Source of the DNA: Felis catus
Taxonomy: Eukaryota
Assembly: GCF_018350175.1 (NCBI RefSeq)
Contig: NC_058368.1
Coordinates: 31,374,001 to 31,438,000, forward strand
DNA length: 64,000 nucleotides
Reading direction: 5' to 3'
Shown: positions 12,458-25,189 of the stretch, piece by piece
Layout: each line of letters opens with the position of its first letter
Numbering within the stretch: the stretch's first letter is position 1
Program-made: the position numbers and the translations under genes
The notes under the pieces: generated by a model
What the model was told of the DNA's origin: nothing
What the model saw: only the letters and a program-made list of their open reading frames with translations
Databases searched by the model: none

Positions 12458-15192
12458 TAAGGTATGGTGAACTGGGTAGTATGATCCATTGGCAACACCT
12501 CAGATGTGGACATGAGAGTAGGACTCAGGAGAATCACACTTGAGCTTGTTCCGAATGGTGGATAGAATTTGGTTAGGCACAGAGGAGTAGTAGTATAATC
12601 AAGACATAAACACAAGCCCATATTAGACAAATACTTGTTTTATTACTCTTGAAGCTAGAAAAGTTAAGGTATGTTGAGGCTCCATTTGTGGAAATAGTCT
12701 GGTAAGAGAGCGAATGCTGGATTTGAAACCAAGGGAGCATCTAATCAAAAATCAAGGTCCTGTAAGAATAAATCGTTCTATTGACTCTGTGGTAGTCTCC
12801 ATTTAAAATCCAAGAAATGAGTGCAAGAGTGGTGCCTGTGTACATGTGTGCTTCTAGATGTGTGTCTGGGCAGTTTTGTGCTTATATATGTATGTCAGTG
12901 TATATAATTCTGTGTGTCTGTGTGCATGTAGGCGTTTGTGCATAGTTTTAAGGATGAAGGGAAATATTATCACCTTTAAACAATAATTTACTGTTGATAA
13001 TGCCAGAAGCCAAGAAAAAAATTAAAAATTTTGGAATACCTGTATTATATATGGCCATGTGACATATTTGAAGTCTTACTTGTGATGTATTTTTCATGAT
13101 ACAAGAAACCTTGAGCGGACAATTGTTATGTCTTTCCATAGGTGTGTACAGGACCTACAATTCAGTTGACATATCTTCAAAAGACAATCCTACTTTCTGA
13201 ATATGGAAACTTTGGAGATATTTCATGTTGTGTCCTTTTAGGTTGCTTCATTCGGAAAGTGGGATCTGCCAAGAGGGAGACTTGTCTGATTCCAAATATT
13301 GCCTTTATAGGGAAAAAAGATGGTGACTGTGTTCCTAATAGCCTTTTAAAACTGCATGAAATCTCAAATAAACTTTATATTTATGACATAAAAGGAAAGA
13401 ATGAAAACTCCATATTTATGTAATTGCCCTTCAAAAGTCTGTCTAGTACTGATCATTGTATCTGTCTCCTATCTTTTCTTAATTGATTGTTCTGATGCAC
13501 TCCTAACGGAAGTACATCCAAAGTGTGTTACTTAGAAATAGATTCAAATTCAATCCTGCTCTCTTGGCTGTCAACTTCATCCAATCACTATTTCAGAACT
13601 CTTTAAGACTCTGTGGTAGGTAAACTAATACAGAAGTTGTTCATTCTTTTCTCTGCCAGGATCCCTCCATACCGTACAAGGAAGGCCACTTAAACACAGA
13701 TGGAGAAACAGATTGAAAGACAATATTATAATTCCTACTATCAAAATAATCTTCTTATATAAAATAAGAACAGAAGAATAACAATTATAATACTTAAGTT
13801 ATAGTTTGTTGAAGACAATATGCCTGAGTTAAAATAGACATTTTTTATTAAAGTTCTAACCATTTGCAAATGCCATTCTGAGCACACACTGTATAAATTT
13901 TAACTATCTTGTAGAGTACATAGCTAACATGCACAATTAGATCAGCATGCATGCATACACATCCCCAGAGGTCTACACATTTAAAGACTTGTTAAGAAGT
14001 ACAAGCCAGTCTTATGCTGAACTCTTTGAGGTTTACATGGATTAACTTTGCACTTCAAAGAAAATGAAGTTTAAACAGATATCAAGGCCAAATTCTGAAG
14101 AATGGTAAAAGTATCTCTAGAAATATCCATCTCTCAGGTTTTTCATGTCTTTATTATCACAAATGTTTTTACTTTGTTGTATTTATTATGAGTTAGGTTA
14201 TGAATATTAAATGTTTTATTTGATGGTGAGTATGTAGCATGACGTGTATAATAACAACAATATTTATGGATAGAATCAGTGGTCATGAAATGTTTGATGT
14301 TGGTTGATTGTAGGCTTTCACCTTCTGATATATCTGTTTAATTTTTGTAGTGGCTCTATTGACATATAATTCACATGCCATTAAAATTCTCCCCTTAAAG
14401 TGAATAATGAAACAGTTTTCAGTTGATTCATACAATCATGCAGTCATCACAATTATCTAGTTTTAGGACATATTCATCAACCCATAAGGAAAACCAATAT
14501 TCACTAATTGATCCCCATTTGCCCTCCTACCAGGACCTCAAGACCAGTAGGCTTCTTTGAAATTGGAAAAGAAGCTTATTTGGATTTGCCTATTCTGATA
14601 TCTCACTTAAAAAGAATCCATATAATATGTGGTCTTTTGTGATTGACTCCTCTCACTGAGCATGATGTTTTCAGGGTTCATTCATACTGAAGCACATATC
14701 AATACTTCATTCCTTTATATGGTGAATAGTATTTCATTGTATGGATAAACCACATTTTGCTTATCCATTCATCTACTAATGGGCATTTGAGTTGTTCACA
14801 ACTTTTAGCTATTATGGATAGTGTTGCTGTGAACATTGGTGTGCATGTTCACTTGTGTAGATGTATGTTTTTAATTCTCTTGGGTATATATCCAGGAGTG
14901 GAATTGCTAGATCATATGATAACTGCATACTTAACATTTTGAGAAACTGCCAAATTGTCTTCCAAAGCAGTTGCACTACTTTATGATCCCATCAGCAATG
15001 TATATATGTTCCAGTTTTTTCACAGCCTCTACAACACTTATTATTGTCAGCCTTTTTAGTTTAGTCATGCTTCTGGGTGCAGAGTGATATCTCATTTGGA
15101 TATTGATTTGCATTTCTCTAGTGACTAATGACGTTGACCATTTCCATATGCTTATTGACCATTTGTATACTTTCTTTGAAGCAATATCTATA

Positions 15193-15360
15193 GGGGCGCC
15201 TGGGTGGCTCAGTCAGTTAAGTATCTGACTCCGGCTCAGGTCATAATCTTGTGGTTCATGGGTTTAAGCCCCTAGTTGGGCTTTGTGCTGACAGCACAGA
15301 GATTGGAGCCTGCTTTCGGATTCTGTGTCTCCCTCTCTCTCTGCCCCTCCGCTGCTCATG

Positions 15361-15408
<48 letters not shown>

Positions 15409-15431
15409 AATAAATAAACATTATAAAAATT
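15193..15431 (+). mobile_element. Can-SINE (tail-to-tail with next SINE)
   Basis: ggggcgcctgggtggctcagtcagttaag head, long (CT)n, A-tail. Confidence 0.97.
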
Positions 15432-15436
15432 AGATA

Positions 15437-15618
15437 TTTTTTTAAATTTTTGAGAGAGAGAGAGAATGCACACATGCGCATGAGTGGGGGAGGGGGAGAG
15501 AGAAAGGGAGAGAGAGAATCCCATGCAGGCTCCATGCTGTCAGCACAAAGCCCAACGCAGGCTCTTGAGCTGAAATCAAGAGTCAGACACTCAAGGGACA
15601 GAGCCACCCAGGTGCTCC
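15437..15618 (-). mobile_element. Can-SINE with internal deletion
   Basis: Poly-T, GA tract, ends gagccacccaggtgctcc; lacks the gagatcatgacc segment seen in the other copies. Confidence 0.92.
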
Positions 15619-16712
15619 AAGAAATGTCTATTTATATCTATTAGCTATTTTCTAAATTGGGTTATTTGTCTTTTTATTGTTGAATTCTAAGAATTCTTTC
15701 TATATAATGGATAAAAATCCCTTTCCATATATATGATTTGCAAACATTTTATCTCATTATTTGGACTGACTCTTTATGGTTTTGATGATGTTCTGGGAGG
15801 CACAAATGAATTTTTAAGATTTTAATGAAGTCCAATTTATCTTTCCCTCACCCCCTCTCTCTCTTCCTTTTTTTTTTCTTCATTTTTGCTTTTGGTGTCT
15901 TAACGAATTCAAGTTCATCAAGTTTTATTCCTATTTTTTCTTGTACAAGCTTTATAATTTTTGCACTTACACCTTTGCTTCTATGATAAATTTATAGTTA
16001 ATTTTTGTGTATGATATATTGCAGAAGTTCAACTTCATTCTTCTGTGTGTCAATATCCAGTTTTCCAAGTACTGACTGTTAGATAGTAAAATTTAATATT
16101 AATACATTATACATTATAATATTATAAGGTACACATTTTAATATAACTTGTCTTAATCCTGCCACCATTGCCTTCCCTCGGAAAGTTATTTTTTTAAACA
16201 TTATATCTTTATACTTTAAAGTGTCTGCTATCTTTCCATATAGTTAAAAATATAAACAAATGCCTTACTTTTCCCTACAAGACCCTGAATGACCCATTAG
16301 AACTATCCTCTCCCTTCATGACCTTTGTAATTGCAGTTATCTACTCTAGAATCCTAATCCTTTTATGTCCAGAGCTTCCCACAAATTAGTTCTCCCCTCC
16401 AAAACATATTTTTCTCTATCCATATCCATGTTCATTTTTTCTGTCACCAACTTTATGTACTAAAAAGGAAATTCAACCAATAATTTTATTTACTTCAGAA
16501 AAAAAGTCTAATTGTATTATGGCTGTGCTAATGATTAAAAATAATGATCTTTATAAGAGGAACATATAATGTACCTAAAAGTATTTTTAATATTTAAATA
16601 TATCCATAAAAGTATTTTTACTTTTTTTCAATCCCAGATAAAAAGTTTGTTGTATATGAGGACTTTCCAGAAAATTCCTAAGACTAGAGGGATTGATTTT
16701 CCTAGGATACTT

Positions 16713-16733
16713 AGATAGATAGATGATAGATAA

Positions 16734-16779
<46 letters not shown>

Positions 16780-16788
16780 TACAGATAG
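16713..16788. repeat. (GATA)n tetranucleotide microsatellite
   Basis: Directly visible tagatagata array with interruptions. Confidence 0.97.
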
Positions 16789-17693
16789 GAACTTCCATCT
16801 ATTTTTTTCCCTTTTGGATATAAATACAGAATGTTATTACTTTTGATGTTGTGAAGTGAATAAACATTTCTCTGAGTGATATTTCTTACTTTGTTTTTTG
16901 GTAGAGTTTAAAGAATAACCTATTTTTATAATTGCTGCCTTAATCTTGTAGACATAGTCATGACATGTAGATTACTATTTCAGTGAGGATGCTGAACTTT
17001 TTAATTATTTTGGAAAAGTATAATACTTTATTTGAATGATTTCAGAATATGGTATAGTTATGATGGATTAATTAATATAATATTTACAGTTTTATCAACT
17101 GTAACCCCCTTGTTAGTACAGATCCTCTAATCCTGTTCTAAGATTTCTATATACTTTCTAGTGTTGACTTTCTCATGGTCATTTTGGTCATTTGGTCCAA
17201 GTTCCAGGTGTCCTTCTCAATCTCACCACACTTGCCGTATTTGTTACCTTCACTGTACATCCTTTTTTTTTCATTTATTAATTTTTTAAAAATTTACATC
17301 CAAGTTAGTTAACATATAGTGCAATAATGATTTCAGGAGTAGAATCCAATGATTCATCAACTACATATAACATCCAGCACTCATCCCAACAAGTATCCTC
17401 CTTAATGCTTCCTGCCCAGTTAGCATATTCCCCCCACCTAAAACCCCTCCAGCAATCCTCAGTTTGTTCTCTGTATTTAAGAGTGTCTTATGGTTTGTCC
17501 CCCTCCCTCTTTTTGCATTATTTTGCTTCCTTTCCCTTATGTTATCTGTTTTGTATCTTAAATTCCACATATAAGTGAAGTCATATATTTGTCTCTCTCT
17601 GACTAATTTCCCTTAGCATACTACACTCTAGTTCCATCCACATTGTTGCTAATGGCAAGATTTCATTCTTTTTGATCACTGAGTAATATTCCA

Positions 17694-18901
17694 TTATATA
17701 TATAATACACACACACAGACACCCCACATCTTCTTTATCCATTCATCTGTCAATGGACATTTGGGGTCTTTCCATACTTTGGCTATTGTCGATAGTGCTG
17801 CTATAAACATTGGGGTGAATATGCCTCTTGGAAACAGCACTCCTGTATCTTTTGGATGAATACCTAGTTGTATAATTGCTGGGTTGTAGGGTAGTTCTAT
17901 TTTTAATTTTTTGAAGAACCTCCATACTGTTTTCAGAGTGGCTGCACCAGTTTGCATTCCCACCAGCAGTGGAAAAGAGATCCTCTTTCTCTGAATCCTC
18001 TCCAACATCTGTTGTTGCCTGAGTTGTTAATGTTAGCCATTCTGAAAGGTGTGAGGTCATATCTCATTGTGGTTTTGATTTGTATTTCCCTGATGAAGAG
18101 TGATGTTGAGCATTTTTTCATGGGTCTGTCATCTGGATGTCTTCTTTAGAAAAGTGTCTATTTATGTCTTTTGCCCATTTCTTCACTGGATTATTTGTTG
18201 TCTTGGGGAGTGTTGAGTTTGATGATTCTTTATAGGTTTTGGATACTAACCCTTTATCTGATACATCATTTGAAAATATCTTTTCCCATTCCATTGGTTG
18301 TCTTTTAGTTTTGCTGACTGTTTCCTTCACTGTGCAGAAGTTTTTTATCTTGATGAGGTCCTAATAGTTCATTTTTGCTTTTGTTTTCCTAGCCTCATGG
18401 GACATGTCAAGTAAGAAGTTTCTGTGGCTGAGGTCAAAGAGGTTTTTGCCTGCTTTATCCTCTATCATTTTGATGGCTTCCTGTCTTACATTTAGGTCTT
18501 TCATCCATTTTGAGTTTATTTTTGTGTATGGTGTAAGAAAGTGGTCCAGGTTTATTCTTCTGCATGTCACTGTCCAGTTTTCCCAATATTATTTGCTGAA
18601 AAGACTGTCTTTATTTCATTGGATATTCTTTCCTGATTTGTCAAAGATTATTTGGCCATACATTTGTGGGTCCGTTTCTTGGTTCTCTATTCTCTATATG
18701 ATCTATGTATCTGTTTTTGTGCCAGTACCATACTGTCTTGATGACTAGAGCTTTATAGTACAGCTTGAAGTTCAGAATTCTGATGCCTCCAGCTTTGGTT
18801 TTGCTTTTCAGGATTGCTTTGTCTGTTCAGGGTCTTTTCTGATTCCATACAAATTTTAGTCTGTTGACATTGAGTACTGAAAGATATAAATTTAGTACCA
18901 T
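17694..18901 (-). pseudogene. Decayed L1 ORF2p: N-terminal ~15 codons fused to C-terminal region
   Basis: ATG at 18901 reads [59 protein letters not shown]; stops and frameshifts further on. Confidence 0.9.
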
Positions 18902-18989
18902 TGTGTTGCCTGTAGAGTTGGAGTTTCTGGTGATGTTCTCTGGTCCATTCTAGTCTTTGTTGCTTTTGGTCTTTTTGTTTTGTTTCATC

Positions 18990-19731
18990 TTTTCTCTACT
19001 CAGAGAGTCCCCCTTAAAATTTCTTGCAGGGCTGACTTAGTGGTCATGAACTCCTTTAGTTTTTGTTTGTCTGGGAAACTCTTTATCTCCCCTTCTATTT
19101 TCAACAACAGCCTTGCTGGATAAAGAAGTTTGGGCTGCATATTTTTCCAATTTAGTGCTTTGAATATAACCTGCCCCTCCTTTCTGGCCTGTCGTTTCTA
19201 TGGATAGGTCTGCTGTGAACCTGATCTATCCTCTTTTGATAAGTTAAGGACATTTTTTCCCTTGCTGTTTCATGATTCTTTCCTTGTCTGTGTATTTTGT
19301 GAATTTGACTATGATATGCCTTGTTGATGGTCAGTTTTTGTTGTATCTAATGGGACTTCTCTGTGCTTCTTGGATTTTGATGTCTGTGTCTTTCCCCAGA
19401 TTAGGAAAGTTTTCCACTATGATTTGCTCACATAACCCTTCTACCCCTTTTTCTCTCTCTTCATCTTCTGGGACTCTTATGATTCTGATATAGTTCCTTT
19501 TTAATAAGTCACTGAGTTCTCGAATTCTTGTATAGTGCTCTTTTGCTCTTTTAGTTTCCCTCTTTTTTTCTGCTTCATTATTCTCCATAATTTTGTCTTC
19601 TATATTGCTGATTGTCTTCTCTGCTTCCTCCATCCTTGCCATTGTGGCATCAATCGAGATTGGACCTTGGTTGTAGCAGTTTTAATTTCATCCTTAGTAG
19701 ATTTTACTTCTTTTATCTCCACAGAAAGCAT
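18990..19731 (-). pseudogene. Decayed L1 ORF1p (coiled-coil end, RRM, CTD)
   Basis: RMEEAEKTISNIEDK...RELSDLLKRNYIRIIRVPEDEEREKG...IIVENFPNL matches L1 ORF1p motifs. Confidence 0.9.
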
Positions 19732-19933
19732 CTGTACATCCTATTAATCCAGATAAATTACTCCACCATTTAGCCCTTGGTCTTACAGTGCTATTTACAT
19801 CAGGCATTGAAAAGGTAAAACGTGCAACAAAGAAAACAACTGAAAATTGAGTATTTATCTTTTTTTTCTTAGGCTATAAACCATTTAGTTTTGTTTGTGC
19901 TCTATGTTACTAAATTTCCTCTTCCCTTTTTGC

Positions 19934-19935
<2 letters not shown>

Positions 19936-19980
<45 letters not shown>
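19936..19980. repeat. (CT)n microsatellite
   Basis: About 22 perfect CT units; no SINE head adjacent. Confidence 0.97.
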
Positions 19981-19985
<5 letters not shown>

Positions 19986-22728
19986 CCTGCCAGAACTCCG
20001 AAACCAAAACAAGATAATGAAAATTAAAATACAACATTCCCATCTTGTAATAGGAAAAAAATCAGCTCTCTTACCCTACTTTTCCAGATTTGGGATTCTC
20101 TTTGCATATTGAAAGCAAAACAAATCAAAACAAAATGACAGCTTATTGTGTGTCCCCTAAGCAATGGGAGATATGCTTAAGTTCTCATTCTTTCCCCACA
20201 ATTTCTGCAATGGAAAGAGAAAACTATAGAGTGGTTGATGACCTTCCCTTTAAAAGACACATGTTATAGTTAATTAACTTTTTGAAATAAAAGTGTATTT
20301 TTCCATTATCAAAATTGCACTTTGACATTTTTCCTTAAACAACGAAAAGCTTGTACTCAGCTCTATGATCAGTTTTGTACTTATTGACCAGAGACTAAGA
20401 TAATTTCTATATTTGTATCTGGATAATAGTTCACTTCTGCCTTATGTCTGCTCCAACTTGAATTTTCAAATCTTCACATTAGGAACAAGAGAAAAACTTT
20501 CTTGCATGAATAAGTTTATGACAAAGTTATCTAGAATACATAATAATATCGTACTCTCTCAAATGTTCATACTGATAAAGACCATCACTATCTTGAAAAT
20601 GTAAATTCATAGGAACCAAGGGATGACCTAATGTGAGAAATTGGAAATGGTCTAGTAAACATGGAGATCAATCTTTCTCTCTACACTGACCCAGTGGGAA
20701 GATTTTTAACTCCATGTACATCCAAAGTAGGAATTCTTAACTCCACATTCTCAAATGGATTCAGTTAACTTGCCATCCTACTGCTAGCATATGCAAATCT
20801 TAATCTTATGGCCATTATTTTCTGAGATAAGGGAACAAAGCTTTCAACATTTTTCAAATTATGGAATTAACTTTACAATGATTCAAAAACATTAAAAAGA
20901 TTAAGCTCCATTTGTCTGAAAAAGTAAGTCTTGCTACCAGGGGATAGAATGGAGAAGTTCTCTTTAGGAGGAAACTGTATTCAGAATGCAAGTAAGAAAA
21001 CTCTAAATTGGAACTTTTGGTTTATTATTAGAATATATTGATTTTATTTTTTCCTCTTGGGATACATTTTAGTGAATTGGCAGATTGGTTTTGTAAAAAA
21101 AAAATATGTGAGTTGGCTTACAATGATATTTATAAAATGAAGGAATCATTTGTATTGACATAATTATGTGACAGTTGGTACTAATTTCAACTAAATCAAT
21201 GACACTATTCAAACACAGGGTGGATGAACACATATGAGTTGAGTAGTTTTCTACTTTGGAAGACAGTTACACTAAATGATCTCCAAGGCCCACTCTTACC
21301 CTGAGATGCTTAAACCCCGGAAATGTAAATGAGCATTAAGGGCCACTCTTACAAGCGATATGTTTCATATTATCTTCCTCAAAAGTTTTCAGTAAGACAA
21401 ACAGTCCTTATTCAAGATAAATGAACAGATAAATAAATAGCTAACAGAATTAATCTTTTGTCATTTTAAATTTATGGTCTCTTCATTAAGTAGTCACACA
21501 GAGTCACTGGCAAAAGTCCTAAAATGACAAACATATTAAACATGAACCCTTAAAACACTTCTAAATATTGAATTCATGTTTAGAAATGGATATGTTCACA
21601 GTGAATATTTTCAAAATTAATAAGCAAATACTCTGAATTTTTTAAAGGCTTTTTGGTGTTCTAAACTGTTGCAAACTTTGTATCGATTCCATGCCCCTAG
21701 TTTTTTGCCTGAGTCCATCCATTATTCAATGTGGATATCCTTGCTGCCTCTCCATAGAGGATCTTATCATTTCTTCCAGTTCAAGACTTTTGTTCTCTTC
21801 ACTAACCATCTCTGAGGGATTTTTATCTTTAATTCCTAAATCCTTTGCTTCTTCATCTTCTAATTAATCTGCAATTCTTTCTCTTTAAGTCAACACCCTG
21901 TCTTTTCCACTTTCCTTTCTGTTTTCCTTATTCTACCTTTCCTACATTTTTGTATTTCTCTTAGATCTATAATTAAAATAACTTCTGAAATCGCATCACC
22001 CAAAAAAGGCTTCTCTATCAAAATGAATAAATGTTGATGATTCCCCACTAATATGTTTCTCTTTTGATTTAACACCCCATTAAACTTATCTCTTATCATT
22101 CCACATAATTAAACTTTGTGCTAAGCAAGCTATATCATGCTACCCTGTTGCAATATTAAAGAAGTCTTATTCGCCTTCTACCTGAAAACTATCTTTACAC
22201 ACTTGCCCAGTGGGTTTCTCCTATTATAAGCAAAACTTATCTAGTCATTTATGACATTCTTCGTATAATCTGGTTTAAGGTCAGTTCACTAATAATACAT
22301 ACAACCCAATTCTTTTAGGGTTAGGCGGGAATTTTCAAAGCAATACAGACATTTTAGTGTCCTAACCTTAGCATGTCCTTGAATGTAGTATGTCAACTAT
22401 TGTTCACCTTCAAAAATAGTAGAATTAAACTATTCTGTTCTTCATCTATGATATATATTTTTAATGATACATTGTGTGACGCAATTGGGTATTTTATTGG
22501 TCACACTCTATTATCGACTTATATTTAGTTTCCTGTTAACTAAATCTGTTTTACTTAGGTTCTAAGAAGATTTTTTGATGTTCTGAATTTCTTATCTAAA
22601 CTATTTATTATTCCTTCCACTCAGGTTTCAGTGGTGTACAAATATTATGAGCATTTATTTTATATCTTTCTAGAGTTGCTAAAATGTTGAATATGCAGGG
22701 TTAATAACCAAGTACTATGGCACACATC

Positions 22729-22764
22729 AAGACTCTCATTCAGAAAAAAAAAGACTCTCATTCA
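22729..22764 (+). repeat. 14-bp direct repeat flanking gA7 (probable poly(A)-only retro-insertion)
   Basis: aagactctcattca-gaaaaaaa-aagactctcattca. Confidence 0.65.
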
Positions 22765-22984
22765 TGTCAGCAATTTTCAATTTTTTAAAAATCATGAAAC
22801 AGTAAAAACTACATTTTATATTGTGACCCAGAGTATATGAGTTATTTAAATATTTATGTATACTTAATTTCAGTTAAGCTTAATAATTTCTTTTCTATTA
22901 TGAATTAACCACTTAATATTTTCTGTTCTATTTTGTTTTACTGTTTCATTTTATATAAATTACTAGTTTTTGCTCATACTATTA

Positions 22985-23149
22985 GCCATCACGATATGAC
23001 AAAAGACCCTTGAGTCTCATTTATTCCTGGTCATTTGTATATGTATCACTTAGGATTCTATTGGTTTAGCTTGAGCTTAGCTGGGCTTGATTCAAAGTCT
23101 ATATTGGGTCCAGTCTGCTCCACATGTCTCTGACCCTTAGATCAGTGGG

Positions 23150-23205
<56 letters not shown>

Positions 23206-23495
23206 ATTGGAAAAGTGGAATGACCTAAGCATAGTCTTCTCACAGCAACGTCAGAAACATAAAAGGCAAGTCCAAATGCATGAAGCATGTTTCATGCTTC
23301 TGCTTGTCTTTTATCTGTTAACCATTGAGCAAAAGTCACATAGTTGAGGCTAAAATCTACAGCCACCATGTGACTAAGTCCAACATCATGGAGAGAAGTA
23401 TATTCCCACTATGGAGGTGTCATAGAAGAAATATAGACAGAAGGAATATATATAGAAGAAATATACCATCTCTATCAAACACTTTCACAATCCAA
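22985..23495 (-). mobile_element. Old MaLR LTR (MLT1H/I/J-like) interrupted by (TA)n at about 23152-23202
   Basis: gtctgctccacatgtctct, cttctcacagcaa, ccattgagcaaaagtcacat motifs. Confidence 0.55.
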
Positions 23496-24978
23496 CTAGG
23501 GAATGTGACCATGGCTCTAAGCTGCTATTGAGCCGGTGATCAAAACTCTTAGAATACAATCATTAATCAAATACTAATCCACTTGATCATTTTTGTGTTT
23601 AGATCATAGTATTTCACTGATATGAAGCAATATGTTATGTTATTTCTTTTGAGTTCCAGATTCTCAAAATTTGTCATATTTCTTTGAGATAGCAACACGA
23701 CCATAAAGTGGAAACTAGGTCATCTTAACATAAAATAAGGTAAATATTTTATAACTTAATAATCAATGTATCCTCATCTAGTTATTTATAAACTCTTATT
23801 TTAATTATTCATTTTATAATTGTGTTCAGAAATAATATTAGACATTTGAGACTATACCTTTACACCAATGTGATATTTAGATTAAATAACATTTTTTCCA
23901 AAAAGATAATTATTGAATGCCCAATCAAAAGTGTCTCTTTGTTAACTTTCTCAATAATATGATGTTTGTCTTTTATAACACAAATTATAGTTTATTATAT
24001 ATATATATATATATATAAAATGTAGTAATATTTAGGTTGAAATAAGGTATTATATTTGCTCATTTCACCTTTATATTATAAATTACTAATACACAGCCTA
24101 GAATGTAGGAAGTGCCCAATAAATGAGTAATAATTCAGCTTCCATCTTGAAATTTGCTACACTGATACATTTCTAATAACCTACTATGATTAACTTTTCT
24201 CCCAATATCTCAAAGGTCTCTGCCAGTGGTTCAGTAACCTTTATAAAATGTATTATTTTATACCTATGATAGATATATGGACTAGGCAAATTGAATTAAT
24301 TTACAATTATTCTCTTAAAAATTTTACTCACCCTTATTTTGTCCCCAATAGTGAAGTCATGTCTTCTTCAGCTGAAAATAAGTTATGACAGAATTAAATA
24401 GGGATTTAATAAGAGTTTTATTTGTTGAAAATTGAGGAAACTATTTAGCACAGCCCGTAAGCCTACCGGAAAATTTTGACAGAGTATTGTCAAATTTTGA
24501 TCAAGATGTCATTGTATATATACACAATATTTATAATATATATTATATATATAAATATAACATAAACAAATTTATAATCACATAAACAGTTAAAATTTAG
24601 TGTGATAATTTCTGTTGAAGAGATTTTGCTAAATTGATTTGAGAGCACTGTGTACAGAAAATTTCGTACAGTAAGGATAGTTTGGGAGGATTGTTTTACT
24701 GTTATTTATTGAATCTAGTTCAAGAAGAATGTGTAGGGATTTTCAAAAGAAAGGAAAAGCAGGAAATTCTAGGAAGAATCATATGTACAAGGGTTGAGAG
24801 TAATCAGAGACCAGCTATAAATGGAGTTATTGACATGTCCTTTGAGATAAGAATTTATGTAAGTATATTGGTGTAAGATAGTGATGTGAAACAAGGCAAG
24901 GCAGAGGGCAGACTATGAAGTAGCTTTATACTGAAGAGTTTAGAATGTGGCCTGCAGAAAATGTAAATTAAAAGTATT

Positions 24979-25189
24979 AAATTTTTTTTAACGTTTATTC
25001 ATTTTTGAGAAGGGGTGACACAGCACGAGTTAGGGAGGGGCAGAGAGAGAGGGAGACACAGAATCTGAAGCAGGCTTCAGGCTCTGAGCTGCCAGCACAG
25101 AGGCTGATGTGGGGTTTGAACACACAAACCATGATATCATAACCTGAGCCGAAGTTGGACGCTCAGCTGACTGAGCCACCCAGCTTCCC
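24979..25189 (-). mobile_element. Can-SINE
   Basis: TSD ttaaaagtatt 24968-24978 / 25190-25200; full reverse-complement body. Confidence 0.97.

Larger units (their letters stand above)
14340..16080 (-). mobile_element. Old LINE-1 (L1MB-like) 3' UTR and ORF2 C-terminal relic
   Basis: Antisense L1 hallmarks: ttatccattcatctactaatgggcatttg, ggagtggaattgctagatcatatg, ttgatttgcatttctctagtgactaatga. Confidence 0.9.
17253..19742 (-). mobile_element. Carnivore/felid LINE-1, 5'-truncated in ORF1, with large internal ORF2 deletion
   Basis: TSD ctgtacatcct 17253-17263 / 19732-19742; poly-T at 17263; ORF2 C-terminal peptides (LDHFLTPYTKINSKWMKDLNVR; IELPYNPAI..LGIHPK); ORF1 peptide at 19331-19642. Confidence 0.95.

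Noticed and set aside
18840..18901. ORF2 deletion caused by splicing
   Set aside because: Recalled consensus at the breakpoints shows CTAAA microhomology and no GT/AG ends; not confirmable without alignment.
17253..19742. Active L1 or currently functional fusion protein
   Set aside because: No 5' UTR or promoter, ORF1 is 5'-truncated, and ORF2 has stops and frameshifts.
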